The position numbers and the translations under genes were made by a program. Positions 47,601 through 58,453 of a stretch of 64,000 bases of DNA are shown here, piece by piece. The first letter of the stretch is position 1; each line of letters starts with the position of its first letter. The notes under the pieces were generated by a model. It made no database searches. It saw only the letters and a list, made by a program, of their open reading frames with translations, and was not told the origin of the DNA. Origin of the DNA: Pseudomonadota bacterium (GTDB lineage: Bacteria > Pseudomonadota > Gammaproteobacteria > UBA1113); assembly GCA_021781965.1 (NCBI GenBank), contig JAJXVU010000006.1, forward strand, positions 24,948 to 88,947. Direction: 5' to 3'.

Positions 47601-49370
47601 ATGAACACCGTAGATGAACAAATCGCATCTCTTATACAGTTAATCCATAATACGGCTAAAGAAAATCTTAATCAGCGGATGACAGAAATGGTATATAATA
47701 TTTTATTAGGCTTAGAAAACCCTTCTTACTCTCGTCTTGAAAATTTAGAACTTCTATCCAGACGCAAAGAAATTGCGTCCAGAGAAAAAGAATTTATAGA
47801 AAAAATTAACGTTGCCCCCTTAAGCGAATGTCAAAAGAATTTTTTAATGCAGCAAGCAAAAAAAGCCTCGTTTGCAATACTAGGTTTGACCATTATCTAT
47901 AACAAAGAAGCACAGATATCACTTTTCAGCTTTAATTGCTTATCTCCCAAAGAAAAAGTTGAATTCCAAATTCTTTTGGGAATGTGGCATAATAACGAAT
48001 TCACAGAAGAAAAAATACTAGAAACCCCAGAGAAAAAAGTGCAGCTTGACAAATTGAATGAATTAGTCAGACTAGCCGCAGAAAAGGAGGATACTTATTA
48101 TAAAGCAGGCCAAAAATCACTGGAGAAAGGGCATAATTTTACATCAGAAAAATGTAATCTGTTATCTCTAGAAAAACAAAACTTTATAACTATCTGTTTA
48201 GGCAAGCTGGCAAAGGATATTTCTTTAAGTGCGGGAGAAAACAGTGCTATGATTTCATTCATCGAAGAAGCACATCACCTATTAGAAGCACGAATACGCC
48301 ACGACACAGAACTAAATTTATATTCTCAATTTGGTCGGAACCTCATAGAATCTAATCAATCTATAGTCACACCTGGTTTATTTGCCTGTTTACCAGAAGC
48401 AGATCAAGCCATACTTGCTAGGTATATAGGTAAGAGTTTCTTAACAGTACTCCCGGAAGACGAAAATAGTATAATGGCAAATTTAATCGCAGCAGCAAGA
48501 ACAATAGAAAACATCAAAAAGAAACTTCTAGCGAAAATAAGAGATACACCTTTTGCCTCTCCAGCAGAGGCAGAGTGGTTTCTTACCTATCCTGGAAAAG
48601 AAAAAGAGCATTTCGAGCTGATTATTAGGCCGATGTCCAATACTGCAATTAACACTATAAAAAGTCACCACATAGAAAATTATCTTCATTCCACGCTATC
48701 CGATGAAGAATTTGCAAAAAGATTTGAAATAATCTTAGCCACTAGTAGCCATGCATTAGCCAAAGTTGTGGACAACCCTTCGTATTTAAACAGATACCTT
48801 ACAGAATCAAATCCCTATTACTTAACCAGGATAAAAAAATTTTTATTTGCTAGTTCCACTGACTCTATTATTAGGGCATTGAAAGAAACCCATTGGAAAA
48901 AATTACAACTAGAAGATTACAGCATAACCCCCATGAAAATAATAATCAAGATACCTCCAGAAACTATAGAATTCCTATCGGCGGAAATAATAGAATATTT
49001 ATATTCAGTTCTATCCTCTCATATTATGGGAAATAAAGTTGCAAAAACGGGTAATTTAAGCCTGCTTATTCAAGCAGTGGAAAGAAAACGATGTATTCAA
49101 GCTGAAAAAAGCATTTCTATGCCTACTCCTCTTCCTCTTCCTCTTCTCTCTACCATGAGTCCTTCTTCCCCTTTACCTGCATCTTCATTGCCGTTCAGTC
49201 CTTTCATCTTTTTATCTACGCCTTCACCCTCATTTTCCCCTTCACAGCCATTTTCTCCTTTACCGTACGCTCCCACTTCGTTTAGCACGCCGGCCTCACC
49301 GGTCTTTTCTGACAGTCCTCTACCTACCCAGGAATATGGCTCTCCCTCTGCTAAAAGACGGAAGATCTAA
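47601..49370 (+). CDS. Hypothetical 589-aa protein with an 83-aa Pro/Ser-rich C-terminal tail ending KRRKI; candidate effector
   Basis: GGAGG Shine-Dalgarno 7 nt upstream. No family was recognised. The tail (nt 49119..49370) is low complexity (PLPLPL, SPSPSFSPS). Confidence 0.65.
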   Translation: MNTVDEQIASLIQLIHNTAKENLNQRMTEMVYNILLGLENPSYSRLENLELLSRRKEIASREKEFIEKINVAPLSECQKNFLMQQAKKASFAILGLTIIYNKEAQISLFSFNCLSPKEKVEFQILLGMWHNNEFTEEKILETPEKKVQLDKLNELVRLAAEKEDTYYKAGQKSLEKGHNFTSEKCNLLSLEKQNFITICLGKLAKDISLSAGENSAMISFIEEAHHLLEARIRHDTELNLYSQFGRNLIESNQSIVTPGLFACLPEADQAILARYIGKSFLTVLPEDENSIMANLIAAARTIENIKKKLLAKIRDTPFASPAEAEWFLTYPGKEKEHFELIIRPMSNTAINTIKSHHIENYLHSTLSDEEFAKRFEIILATSSHALAKVVDNPSYLNRYLTESNPYYLTRIKKFLFASSTDSIIRALKETHWKKLQLEDYSITPMKIIIKIPPETIEFLSAEIIEYLYSVLSSHIMGNKVAKTGNLSLLIQAVERKRCIQAEKSISMPTPLPLPLLSTMSPSSPLPASSLPFSPFIFLSTPSPSFSPSQPFSPLPYAPTSFSTPASPVFSDSPLPTQEYGSPSAKRRKI

Positions 49371-49372
49371 AA

Positions 49373-49675
49373 ATGAGCTATAAAAGCATACAAGAAATTA
49401 TGGCTAAATCCAAAGAGCTGCAAAAAATACAGGCGCATAGCCTCAGCTTGCAAAAAATCAGCGATTTGGTGATACCACTCTTACCTGCAGAATTACAAGA
49501 TCAGGTTAGAATCGCCGATTATCAAAATACTACTTTGTTTTTAGAGTTGAAAAGCGCCGCTCCTGCGCTAACGTTGCGCTTTCAACTGCCCGCATTGTTG
49601 CAAAAATTGTGCTTAAAACCAGGGCTCTATAGATTGCGCGACATTAAATATTATGTGCAGCCACGGCAGGATTAG
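49373..49675 (+). CDS. DUF721/DciA-like protein (tentative)
   Basis: 100 aa. The pattern ...LLPAELQDQVRIADYQNTTLFLELKSAAPALTLRFQLPALLQKL resembles the DUF721 core. DUF721 genes commonly neighbour secA in gammaproteobacteria. It starts 2 nt after the preceding stop. Confidence 0.45.
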   Translation: MSYKSIQEIMAKSKELQKIQAHSLSLQKISDLVIPLLPAELQDQVRIADYQNTTLFLELKSAAPALTLRFQLPALLQKLCLKPGLYRLRDIKYYVQPRQD

Positions 49676-49821
49676 AGCTAAAGCTCGATTGGCACCCTGC
49701 CTCCATTTTCTGAGGCGAGGATAATACATTCGTATGTACGGTTACTTCCTAGATATACATATTCCTATAGTTTACTCATTAGAGAATCCCTCAGAATTAT
49801 AATTAAAACCCTTCAACCCAC

Positions 49822-50520
49822 TTAAGCTTCATAATACGTAGGAGCAAAAACCAAATCGCGCACACAAATAGTCTGCGGTTGTTGATACATCCATAATGCT
49901 GCTTTAGCCAAATCTTCGGCTTGAATAATTTGTTGTTCATTTAAATTAGTTGTAATCATCAATGGCGTCATGACTTTTGCTGGCGCAAGGTTACAAACAC
50001 GGATACCATATTGAGCATTGGCGGCGCGCAAAGATTCACTGAGACTTTTAACCGCCGCTTTAACCGCCGCGTAGCTGGCAATATTAGGCCGGGAATGTCG
50101 ATCTGCCACTGAACTAATGTTAATGATCGTACCGGCTTTTCTTTGGCGCATTCCCGGCAAAACCAGTTCAATGCCATTGATGACACCTTGTAAATTAACT
50201 TGCACTGTATTGACATGATCGGCATGCTTAACTTCTGTAAAGTCGCCGCCTTTCACAAATCCCGCATTGTTGATCAAACAATCTACTTTCCCAAATTTTT
50301 CTTCGGCAATCTGCACTGCTTTTTCAAATTCATTTATATTTGTAACATCCACAGGAATACACACAGAATTAGGAAGTTGTAAATCTTCCATCATTTCTAC
50401 ACGGCGTGCAAATAAGCCTAAAGGATATCCGGCTTGTGAAAAAATTTTAGCCATCGCAGCCCCTATTCCGGAGCTAGCACCTGTAATGATCACCAATGGT
50501 TTATTCATTATTTTCTCCAA
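49822..50520 (-). CDS. Short-chain dehydrogenase/reductase (SDR)
   Basis: TGASSGIG cofactor motif, NNAG, and catalytic YAAVKAA (YxxxK). Confidence 0.88.
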   Translation of the reverse strand: MEKIMNKPLVIITGASSGIGAAMAKIFSQAGYPLGLFARRVEMMEDLQLPNSVCIPVDVTNINEFEKAVQIAEEKFGKVDCLINNAGFVKGGDFTEVKHADHVNTVQVNLQGVINGIELVLPGMRQRKAGTIINISSVADRHSRPNIASYAAVKAAVKSLSESLRAANAQYGIRVCNLAPAKVMTPLMITTNLNEQQIIQAEDLAKAALWMYQQPQTICVRDLVFAPTYYEA

Positions 50521-50602
50521 TTACACTAAGAAGATTGCGTTTCAGGGTGTTATTCTAAAAGGGCGGCTCGCGAGCCCCCCCTACAAGACAAGCACGGCTC
50601 TA

Positions 50603-51271
50603 TTAACAAGACAAGAAAGATGATTTCTTTAACCAACTGGAGTCAGGATAATACGCAAACACCAATGAACCGCCTTGAATGGTGTTAATAGTATCTTTGG
50701 CTTCAGCGCGTGGCAATGCTGGGCAACCCCAACTGCGGCCTATGCGCCCTTGAGATTCAGCTGCTGCCTCACTCACATAATCGGCACCGTGAAATACTAC
50801 ATCACGTTGCATAGCATGATCATTTACACCCGGCTCTAAACCTTGCATACGCAAAGACAAACCGTTATGACCAATATAGGTATTTTTAGTTACAAAAACA
50901 CCTAAACTGGATTCATGTGAATTCGTGGTATCTGAAAATCGAGTGGGCACATTATCGCCACTGCCACTGCCATGCGCCACCAATTCATTGAATTTGAGTT
51001 TAGCCTTGGCCATGTCGATCACCCACAACCGTTTCTTTGTTGATGGTTGTGAATAGTCAATAATTGTTAAAAATTGTTTATTTACCACACCGCGTTTGCT
51101 GGCACAATAAAAGGCTTTTTCGGCCAATTGCAATACTTTGGGGTTAAGTGTACTGGCTTCTTTTAAAATTTGGCCTTCTACATTAGTGCTTGCCTTAGCG
51201 GAACCCACCATTATCATGCTGAGCATCGCCGCGCTCGCTAATATTGTTACTTTCTTTACAAACATCCTCAT
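50603..51271 (-). CDS. Secreted L,D-transpeptidase catalytic-domain family protein (YkuD_2-like)
   Basis: Signal peptide MRMFVKKVTILASAAMLSMIMVGSAKA. Motifs HGSGSGDN and catalytic GRSWGCPAL. The ORF-track start at 51397 runs through the MITE-like repeat and is rejected. Confidence 0.8.
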   Translation of the reverse strand: MRMFVKKVTILASAAMLSMIMVGSAKASTNVEGQILKEASTLNPKVLQLAEKAFYCASKRGVVNKQFLTIIDYSQPSTKKRLWVIDMAKAKLKFNELVAHGSGSGDNVPTRFSDTTNSHESSLGVFVTKNTYIGHNGLSLRMQGLEPGVNDHAMQRDVVFHGADYVSEAAAESQGRIGRSWGCPALPRAEAKDTINTIQGGSLVFAYYPDSSWLKKSSFLSC

Positions 51272-51284
51272 ACCTCTCTCATAA

Positions 51285-51411
51285 AATATTCTTCGCATTT
51301 GATTCTTAGGCTTTGTTGCTTTCACCCATCTCGCACCAGTCATGTAGAGTACTACACTCCTGGTACTCGAGGCCTCGGCGCCTCGCCTAACAATCAACTG
51401 CTGTGAATATA
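51285..51411 (+). mobile_element. MITE-like element, full copy B (~127 bp)
   Basis: Matches copy A end to end. Its 3' terminal repeat (51394..51411) encodes, on the minus strand, the last five codons and stop of greA (YIHSS*). Confidence 0.75.
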
Positions 51412-51882
51412 CAAAACTTCATCCACTTCATAACTCAGTATGCCTCCAGGCGTAGTCACTTCCACTGTGTCGCCCTGCTCTTTGCCGATTAAGGCGCGCG
51501 CTAAAGGCGAATTTACTGAAATCTTACCAATTTTAATATTGGCTTCGTCTTCTCCTACTATATGATAACGGATCGTTTCATCCGTATCTAAATTAATTAA
51601 CTGCACCGTGACACCAAAAATAATACGTCCTGTGTGCGGCATTTTTGCAATATCAATGATTTGGGCATTACCCAATTTGCCTTCTATCTCTTGAATACGC
51701 GTTTCCACAAAACTTTGTTGCTCTTTAGCAGCGTGGTATTCTGCATTTTCCTTTAGATCACCGTGAGCGCGCGCTTCAGCAATTGCATCTACAATTTTAC
51801 GGCGCGTTACTCGCGTTAATTCCTCTAATTCTTTTTGTAACGCAGTCGCTCCTGCGACTGTCATGGGTGTTTTGCTACTCAT
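51394..51882 (-). CDS. greA: Transcription elongation factor GreA
   Basis: 162 aa, aligning along its length with E. coli GreA (…[17 protein letters not shown]…[12 protein letters not shown]…). The C-terminus is 3 aa longer than in E. coli. Confidence 0.93.
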   Translation of the reverse strand: MSSKTPMTVAGATALQKELEELTRVTRRKIVDAIAEARAHGDLKENAEYHAAKEQQSFVETRIQEIEGKLGNAQIIDIAKMPHTGRIIFGVTVQLINLDTDETIRYHIVGEDEANIKIGKISVNSPLARALIGKEQGDTVEVTTPGGILSYEVDEVLYIHSS

Positions 51883-54800
51883 ACTATCACCTCTTCTGTG
51901 GCATGCAATGTTTGCAATGCACTCACTTTAATATCATGCTGATAGCTCATCGCTAAAATCAGCGCTCTGGCACCTGCTAAAGTCGTGGTATAACACACAC
52001 GATGTTGCAGGGCGCTACTGCGTATTGTATAAGAGTCGTTAATCGACTTTTGTCCATCCGTAGTATTGATAATAAAATCGATCTCATCATTTTTGATGCT
52101 ATCGATGATATGGGGCCTACCTTCCCTATATTTATTGATCGGCTTACAATCTATGCCTGCTTCTTTTAAGGCATTGGCTGTGCCGCGTGTGGCGCATAAT
52201 CTAAAACCTACTTCCACTAAGCATTCTGCAATAGCAACCACAACGGCCTTATCTTCATCACGCACACTGATAAAGGCTTGGCCTTTAGTCGGTATTTTGC
52301 CCTTATTTTGACTGCCTAAGAAACCATAAGCAAAAGCCTCACCAAAATGCTCGCCTATGCCCATGGCCTCGCCAGTCGATTTCATTTCTGGTCCTAGGAT
52401 GGGATCAACCCCACCAAAACGCGAAAATGGAAATACCGGGTATTTCACCGAGTAATAAGGCGGCACAGCTAAGCTCTCGCCATATCCCAGATCTGTTAAA
52501 GATTGTCCCGCCATGCAACAAGCCGCTATTTTTGTCACCGCCACACCCGTTGCCTTAGAGATAAAAGGCACCGTACGCGAAGCACGAGGATTTACCTCTA
52601 ACACATAAATAGTGTCTCCTTGAATGGCAAATTGGGCATTTAACAACCCTATTACCTGCATTTCACGCGCAATCAAGGTCACTTGACGGCGTAATTCTTG
52701 TTGTATTTCGTGAGACAAGCTAAAGGGCGGATAGCAGCAAGAAGAGTCTCCAGAGTGAACGCCCGCTTGTTCAATATGTTCCATGATACCACAGACAAGT
52801 ATATTTTGTCCATCCGCCACTGCATCAACATCCACTTCTTGAGCATTATCCAAAAATTCTTCTAATAAAAGTGGGCAATCCTTTGATATTACAGCATTTT
52901 TTTTAAGATACCCTCTTAGCTCATCTTCATGGGTAATAATTTGCATACCGCGACCACCCAATACATAGGAAGGCCGTATCATGAGGGGATATTGCAGCGT
53001 GCGCGACTTGGTAATGGCTTCATTGATTTCAGTTGCAGTCACATTAGCAGGTTGTTTTAAGCCTAGGCTATGTAATAAAGCTTGAAAGCGTTGCCTGTCT
53101 TCGGCCCAATCGATAGTATCGGCCGAACTACCCCAAATAGGCACACCTAAGATGGACAAAGGATCCACTAATTTTAACGGCGTTTGTCCGCCTAATTGCA
53201 CGATCACGCCATCAGGTTGTTCTTTGTGGCAAATTTCTAGCACATCTTCTAAAGTTAAAGGCTCAAAATAAAGGCGATCTGCCCTATCAAAATCGGTAGA
53301 CACGGTTTCCGGATTACAATTCACCATAATGGTTTGATAACCCAATTCGCTAAAAGCCATTGCGCCGTGCACGCAACAATAATCAAATTCTATGCCCTGA
53401 CCTATGCGATTAGGGCCGCTACCCAAGACCATGACCTTAGGTCTGCTTTCTACACGCGCTTCGCAATATTGTTCGTAAGTAGAATAAAAATAAGCGGTTT
53501 CACTGGCAAATTCTGCAGCACAGCTGTCTATACGTTTATACACAGGACGAATGTCCCAATCGTGGCGCAATTGTCGCAACTTGGTTTCCGTAACACCTAA
53601 TAGCTTTGCCAAATAACTGTCGGCAAAACCCCGACGTTTTAAATTGTAAAGTAAATCGCGATCTAAGCCTGCTAAACCTTGCACACGCACCTTTTCTTCC
53701 CAGCGTATGAGATCTTCAATCTGACCTAAGAACCACGGATCGATTTGCGTATACAGCGCTATTTCTTCTAAGCTTAAGCCTTGGCGAAAAGCATCGGCCA
53801 CATACCACAAGCGATCTGCCGTTGGCGTTTTTAATTCATACCGTAAATGTTCAGACCATTGCTCGTCTTCATCGCTGACCAAAGAATTTAAGCCATCATA
53901 ACCGTTTTCTAAACTGCGTATCGCTTTTTGTAAACTCTCTTGAAAGTTATGACCTATGGCCATCACTTCGCCTACCGATTTCATTTGCGTGGTTAAACGT
54001 GGATCGGCATTGGGAAACTTTTCAAAATTAAAGCGCGGGATTTTGGTAACTACATAATCTATAGTCGGTTCAAACGAAGCGGGCATTGCTCCTTGAGTGA
54101 TTTCATTCGCGAGTTCATCTAAGGTATACCCTACCGCTAACTTAGCAGCAATTTTGGCAATCGGAAAACCAGTGGCCTTAGAAGCCAAAGCAGAAGAACG
54201 CGACACGCGCGGATTCATTTCGATTACGATCATGCGGCCATCTGCAGGATTCACCGCAAACTGTACATTGGAACCGCCGGTTTCAACACCTATTTCACGC
54301 AAAATAGCCATGGCGGCGTTGCGCATCACTTGATATTCTTTATCCGTTAGGGTTTGTGCGGGCGCCACGGTAATGGAATCGCCGGTATGCACACCCATAG
54401 GATCTAAGTTTTCTATAGTACAAACGATGATGCAATTATCGTTTTTATCGCGCACCACTTCTAATTCAAATTCTTTCCAGCCTAATAAAGATTCTTCAAT
54501 CAACAATTCTGCAGTAGGCGATAATTCAAAACCGCGCTCGCAAATTTCAATAAATTCTTCGCGATTATATGCTATGCCACCACCCGTGCCGCCCAAAGTA
54601 AAGGAAGGTCGAATCACCGTGGGAAAACCCAACTGCACCTGTACTTGTAACGCTTCTTCTAAACTATGCGCAATGACGGAGCGTGCTACATCTAAACCTA
54701 TTCGTTGCATAGCGCGCCTAAATAAATCGCGATCTTCGGCTTTATCTATCGCTTCACGAGTCGCACCTATCATTTCAACATTGTATTTTTCCAATATGCC

Positions 54801-55115
54801 TTCACGCGCTAAATCTAAGGCACAATTTAAAGCCGTTTGTCCGCCCATGGTGGGCAATAAAGCATCGGGGCTTTCTTCAGCGATGATTTTTGCAATCACT
54901 TCGGGGCGTATAGGCACGATATACGTTTTATCGGCTATACTGGGATCAGTCATGATGGTGGCTGGATTGGAATTCACTAACACCACTCTGTAACCTTCTT
55001 CACGCAAGGCTTGGCATGCTTGCACACCGGAATAATCAAACTCACAGGCTTGGCCTATGACAATGGGCCCTGCGCCTAATAATAAAATCGTTTTTATATC
55101 ATCGCGTTTAGGCAT
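51879..55115 (-). CDS. carB: Carbamoyl-phosphate synthase large subunit
   Basis: 1078 aa from [30 protein letters not shown]. Duplicated ATP-grasp halves. The start overlaps the carA stop by 8 nt. Confidence 0.95.
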   Translation of the reverse strand: MPKRDDIKTILLLGAGPIVIGQACEFDYSGVQACQALREEGYRVVLVNSNPATIMTDPSIADKTYIVPIRPEVIAKIIAEESPDALLPTMGGQTALNCALDLAREGILEKYNVEMIGATREAIDKAEDRDLFRRAMQRIGLDVARSVIAHSLEEALQVQVQLGFPTVIRPSFTLGGTGGGIAYNREEFIEICERGFELSPTAELLIEESLLGWKEFELEVVRDKNDNCIIVCTIENLDPMGVHTGDSITVAPAQTLTDKEYQVMRNAAMAILREIGVETGGSNVQFAVNPADGRMIVIEMNPRVSRSSALASKATGFPIAKIAAKLAVGYTLDELANEITQGAMPASFEPTIDYVVTKIPRFNFEKFPNADPRLTTQMKSVGEVMAIGHNFQESLQKAIRSLENGYDGLNSLVSDEDEQWSEHLRYELKTPTADRLWYVADAFRQGLSLEEIALYTQIDPWFLGQIEDLIRWEEKVRVQGLAGLDRDLLYNLKRRGFADSYLAKLLGVTETKLRQLRHDWDIRPVYKRIDSCAAEFASETAYFYSTYEQYCEARVESRPKVMVLGSGPNRIGQGIEFDYCCVHGAMAFSELGYQTIMVNCNPETVSTDFDRADRLYFEPLTLEDVLEICHKEQPDGVIVQLGGQTPLKLVDPLSILGVPIWGSSADTIDWAEDRQRFQALLHSLGLKQPANVTATEINEAITKSRTLQYPLMIRPSYVLGGRGMQIITHEDELRGYLKKNAVISKDCPLLLEEFLDNAQEVDVDAVADGQNILVCGIMEHIEQAGVHSGDSSCCYPPFSLSHEIQQELRRQVTLIAREMQVIGLLNAQFAIQGDTIYVLEVNPRASRTVPFISKATGVAVTKIAACCMAGQSLTDLGYGESLAVPPYYSVKYPVFPFSRFGGVDPILGPEMKSTGEAMGIGEHFGEAFAYGFLGSQNKGKIPTKGQAFISVRDEDKAVVVAIAECLVEVGFRLCATRGTANALKEAGIDCKPINKYREGRPHIIDSIKNDEIDFIINTTDGQKSINDSYTIRSSALQHRVCYTTTLAGARALILAMSYQHDIKVSALQTLHATEEVIV

Positions 55116-56214
55116 GCTGCACACTCCCAGCATTGATCAATTTGATAAATTGTTTGAATAGAATGTCGCTATCGTGCGGCCCGGGGCTCGCTTCGGGATG
55201 ACCTTGAAAAGCCAGTAGTGGCAAAGTCTCATGGCTAAAGCCTTGTAGCGTATTGTCGAATAAAGAACGATGCGTCACTCGCACGTCCGCAGGCAGTGTT
55301 GCTTCATCTACTGCAAAACCATGGTTTTGACTGGTAATAAAGACGCGCTTCGTTACAACATCTTGCACCGGATGATTGACGCCATGATGGCCTTGTTTCA
55401 TCTTCATGGTTTTAGCGCCTAGAGCCAAAGCCAATAATTGATGGCCTAAACAAATGCCAAAGAGCGGAATTTTTTTAGTTAACAAGGTTTGGACGGTTTT
55501 GATGGCATCAAGGCAAGCCGCGGGATCCCCCGGGCCATTGGATAAAACAATGCCCTGAGGCTGTAATTTTAAAATATCCTCTGCAGTGGATTGTGGCGAC
55601 ACCACCATCACATTACAGTTTTGCGCCGCTAAACAGCGTAGTATGCCTTGTTTCACACCAAAATCGACCACCACTAGTGTGGGATTGCTTGCTTTATGTA
55701 GCGATTCTTGCCAGGCATAGGTTTTGTGTGTAGCAACAGCATCGATGAGCGATCGTCCCTGCATATCACCCCAAGCGCGCGCCTTAGCCACTGCCGTGAC
55801 TACATCGCCCTCTGCCAAAATACAACCCGCTTGAGCGCCATGTAGCCGCAAATGATGCACCAAAGCGCGGGTATCAATTTCAGCAATGCCTAATAAATTG
55901 TAATCTTCTATAAATTGGACAAAGGATTGTTGTGCGCGCCAACTGCTGGGTGCTGTAGGTAGCTCCCGGAGGATAAACCCTTTGGCATAAACTTTATCGG
56001 CTTCAAAATCAGCGGCATTGGTGCCTACATTACCTATATGGGGATAGGTAAAAGTAATTAATTGTTCGGCGTACGAGGGATCGCTTAACACTTCTTGATA
56101 GCCCGTCATGGCGGTATTGAATACAACCTCGCCCACCGTGTAATCACCATGGCCTACAGCAATACCCTCAAAATGGGTGCCATCGGCTAAGGCTAGTATG
56201 GCTTTTTTCTGCAC
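55108..56214 (-). CDS. carA: Carbamoyl-phosphate synthase small (glutaminase) subunit
   Basis: 368 aa. Class I amidotransferase nucleophile elbow GICLGHQLL and the HPE triad region. Confidence 0.95.
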   Translation of the reverse strand: MQKKAILALADGTHFEGIAVGHGDYTVGEVVFNTAMTGYQEVLSDPSYAEQLITFTYPHIGNVGTNAADFEADKVYAKGFILRELPTAPSSWRAQQSFVQFIEDYNLLGIAEIDTRALVHHLRLHGAQAGCILAEGDVVTAVAKARAWGDMQGRSLIDAVATHKTYAWQESLHKASNPTLVVVDFGVKQGILRCLAAQNCNVMVVSPQSTAEDILKLQPQGIVLSNGPGDPAACLDAIKTVQTLLTKKIPLFGICLGHQLLALALGAKTMKMKQGHHGVNHPVQDVVTKRVFITSQNHGFAVDEATLPADVRVTHRSLFDNTLQGFSHETLPLLAFQGHPEASPGPHDSDILFKQFIKLINAGSVQHA

Positions 56215-56507
56215 AGAATGCCTCCACTGGTTTCGCCGTTAATACTTTCACTGCGCGAGATTATACCTTATTGACAGTTAATCTGTCCATGGTAGTGAAC
56301 AGATAGATTCTGGCATCCAAGCATAGTTACTGATATCAGCCTAAGGATATACCAAAGCCCGCTAACCGAGGATAGCCAAAATAATTATTCTTTATATAAT
56401 TTTACTGGATACCAACATTCCTTATTTGTTCATAATATATCCATGCAATTGCTTTTCTTGCCTTTTTACGATAGGATGCGGCCTAACGTACTGAAACAGG
56501 AGCTATT

Positions 56508-58133
56508 ATGAGCAATAACACTGCACTACATAAGCGAATTTCCACCTTTTCGCTCACGATGACAGGGGTAACCACCATCATAGGGTCTGGTTGGTTATTA
56601 AGCACACAGAAAATAGCGGCTATGGCTGGACCAGCAAGCTTATTATCCTGGGGCCTAGGTGCTTTTATTGCCATGTTAGTGGGTTTCTTCTACATAGAGA
56701 TAGGCTCAGCCCATCCTTCTGCGGGTGGAATTGGCTATTACTCGCACATTACGCATGGTCGATTTTGCGGTTTTTTAACCTCTTGGATCAACTGGCTCAG
56801 CATCGTCGCCGTTCCTCCTATAGAGGCACAGGCCGTCATTCAATATATGAGTCAACTATCCCCCTCCTTCACCCGTTTCTATGATGTAACCAGCCACAAC
56901 TTAACCGGCATTGGCATCATCTTTGCTTTTGGCTTAATGATTTTATTTATGCTCTTAAATTACTGGAGTATTAAGTTCTTTTTACGTTTTAACAATTTTT
57001 TTACGCTGTTGAAAGTGGCTATTCCTATTTTGACCATAATTGCCTTGTTTTCTACCGGATTACATAAAGAAAACTTTGGTACCACGATACAAACATTTAT
57101 GCCTTTTGGTTGGGGTTCCGTCTTTGCTAGCGTAGTCTCTTGTGGTGTAGTGATGTCTTTTAATGGCTTTCAATCACCGCTCACATTCTCCGAGGAAATA
57201 GCCTCACCTAAGCGGCAATTACCTATTGCTGTATTGGGCAGCATTGCTATTAGTCTAGTCGTTTATCTCTTATTACAGATCGTATTTGTGGGCAGTATTT
57301 CTCCTTCCGCCTTAGCCCATGGTTGGGGGGAAATCAATTTCAGATCGCCCTACGTGCAATTACTGCTGTTAGCCAATTTCCAACTCTTAGTATCTGCAGT
57401 TTACATAGGCTCAGTCGTATCTCCCGGGGTATGTGCCGTTACCTTCGTAGCCTCTAGTGGCCGTATCATGTTGTCCTTGTCCCGAGAAGGTCACATGCCT
57501 AAATTTTTATCGTCCTTACATTTTAAGTACAATACGCCTTGGAATGCTATTATCATGAATACCGTCGTTGGCTCCATATTTTTGCTGTGTTTCAAAGGCT
57601 GGTATAGTTTAGTGGCGGTGATTTCTGTCTTACATCTATTCTCTTATGTTCCGGCTCCCATCGTAACGATTGCCAATCGCTTGAAACATGGCCGCTCCGC
57701 TCGTAATTCAGGACATTTTACACTGCCGTTTGCACATGTGTTAGCACCCGCGTTGCTGTTTTTACTGTCGGTTTTGATCTTCAGCGCTGGCTGGCCTTTA
57801 GCCGATGAAATGGCATTGTTGATCATCCCGGGATTAGCCTTCTACTTTTACTATGAATATAAAGAAGACCGTGTAGGCTCTTTCTGGGAAGCTTTCAAAG
57901 GCGCATCCTGGTTGGTTTTCTACATTTTGGGTATTAGTCTTATCACGTATCTAGCCAATCACACAGGTGCAAGTACCCAGCTCATCAGTCATTCAGCCGG
58001 GATCTGGTTGTTACTGGTGCTGTCTGTAATAATCTATATATATGGCGCTTATTTTGCTTATAGCAGAGAAACGTATGTCAGGGGCAGTAAACGCCAAGAG
58101 GATGATCTCCCCTTGGCTGTTCATGTTGAGTAA
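56508..58133 (+). CDS. APC-superfamily amino acid permease
   Basis: 541 aa with about 12-14 TM segments. The N-terminal TM1 pattern ...MTGVTTIIGSGWL is typical of APC transporters. AGGAG Shine-Dalgarno upstream. Confidence 0.8.
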   Translation: MSNNTALHKRISTFSLTMTGVTTIIGSGWLLSTQKIAAMAGPASLLSWGLGAFIAMLVGFFYIEIGSAHPSAGGIGYYSHITHGRFCGFLTSWINWLSIVAVPPIEAQAVIQYMSQLSPSFTRFYDVTSHNLTGIGIIFAFGLMILFMLLNYWSIKFFLRFNNFFTLLKVAIPILTIIALFSTGLHKENFGTTIQTFMPFGWGSVFASVVSCGVVMSFNGFQSPLTFSEEIASPKRQLPIAVLGSIAISLVVYLLLQIVFVGSISPSALAHGWGEINFRSPYVQLLLLANFQLLVSAVYIGSVVSPGVCAVTFVASSGRIMLSLSREGHMPKFLSSLHFKYNTPWNAIIMNTVVGSIFLLCFKGWYSLVAVISVLHLFSYVPAPIVTIANRLKHGRSARNSGHFTLPFAHVLAPALLFLLSVLIFSAGWPLADEMALLIIPGLAFYFYYEYKEDRVGSFWEAFKGASWLVFYILGISLITYLANHTGASTQLISHSAGIWLLLVLSVIIYIYGAYFAYSRETYVRGSKRQEDDLPLAVHVE

Positions 58134-58140
58134 AGCATTT

Positions 58141-58172
58141 AGAGTAGAGCGGCTCACGGGCCGCTCTACTCT
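58141..58172. terminator. 13-bp perfect hairpin AGAGTAGAGCGGC-(6 nt)-GCCGCTCTACTCT between convergent genes
   Basis: It starts 8 nt after the permease stop and ends 8 nt before the chorismate mutase stop. Confidence 0.6.
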
Positions 58173-58179
58173 ACCGTCG

Positions 58180-58440
58180 CTACTTTTGCACCTTTCTACA
58201 ATAGTCGATAATTAGCTTAAATAACATTTTCACAAACCCTGGTTCTAATTTATATTCACAAGATAGCTTTTCATATAAAGCATACAGCTCTTTTTCACGG
58301 GGCGGATCAATAATCTCCATACCCTGCTCCAGTTTGATTTCGCCAATTTCTCTAGACAGCTGCTGTCGTAAAGCCAGCTTTTCAATGATATCGCTATCTA
58401 TCTGATCGATCTGTGCTCTGAGTGTAACCAATGTTTGCAT
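58180..58440 (-). CDS. Chorismate mutase (AroQ class, monofunctional)
   Basis: 86 aa. LRAQIDQIDSDIIEKLALRQQLSREIG is the AroQ helix-1 pattern. Confidence 0.8.
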   Translation of the reverse strand: MQTLVTLRAQIDQIDSDIIEKLALRQQLSREIGEIKLEQGMEIIDPPREKELYALYEKLSCEYKLEPGFVKMLFKLIIDYCRKVQK

Positions 58441-58453
58441 ACTGTATTTCCTC

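Noticed and set aside
51272-51397. Upstream extension of the L,D-transpeptidase ORF (start at 51397, overlapping greA).
   Set aside because: The extension reads through the MITE-like element. A signal-peptide-bearing start with a GAGAGG Shine-Dalgarno site exists at 51271/51265.
54373-54993. 206-aa plus-strand ORF inside carB. Similar antisense ORFs occur in smc (31496..31930, 32571..32933), ftsK (28083..28403 and others) and secA (45509..45847).
   Set aside because: They are embedded antisense in strongly supported conserved genes, with no motifs and no independent signals.
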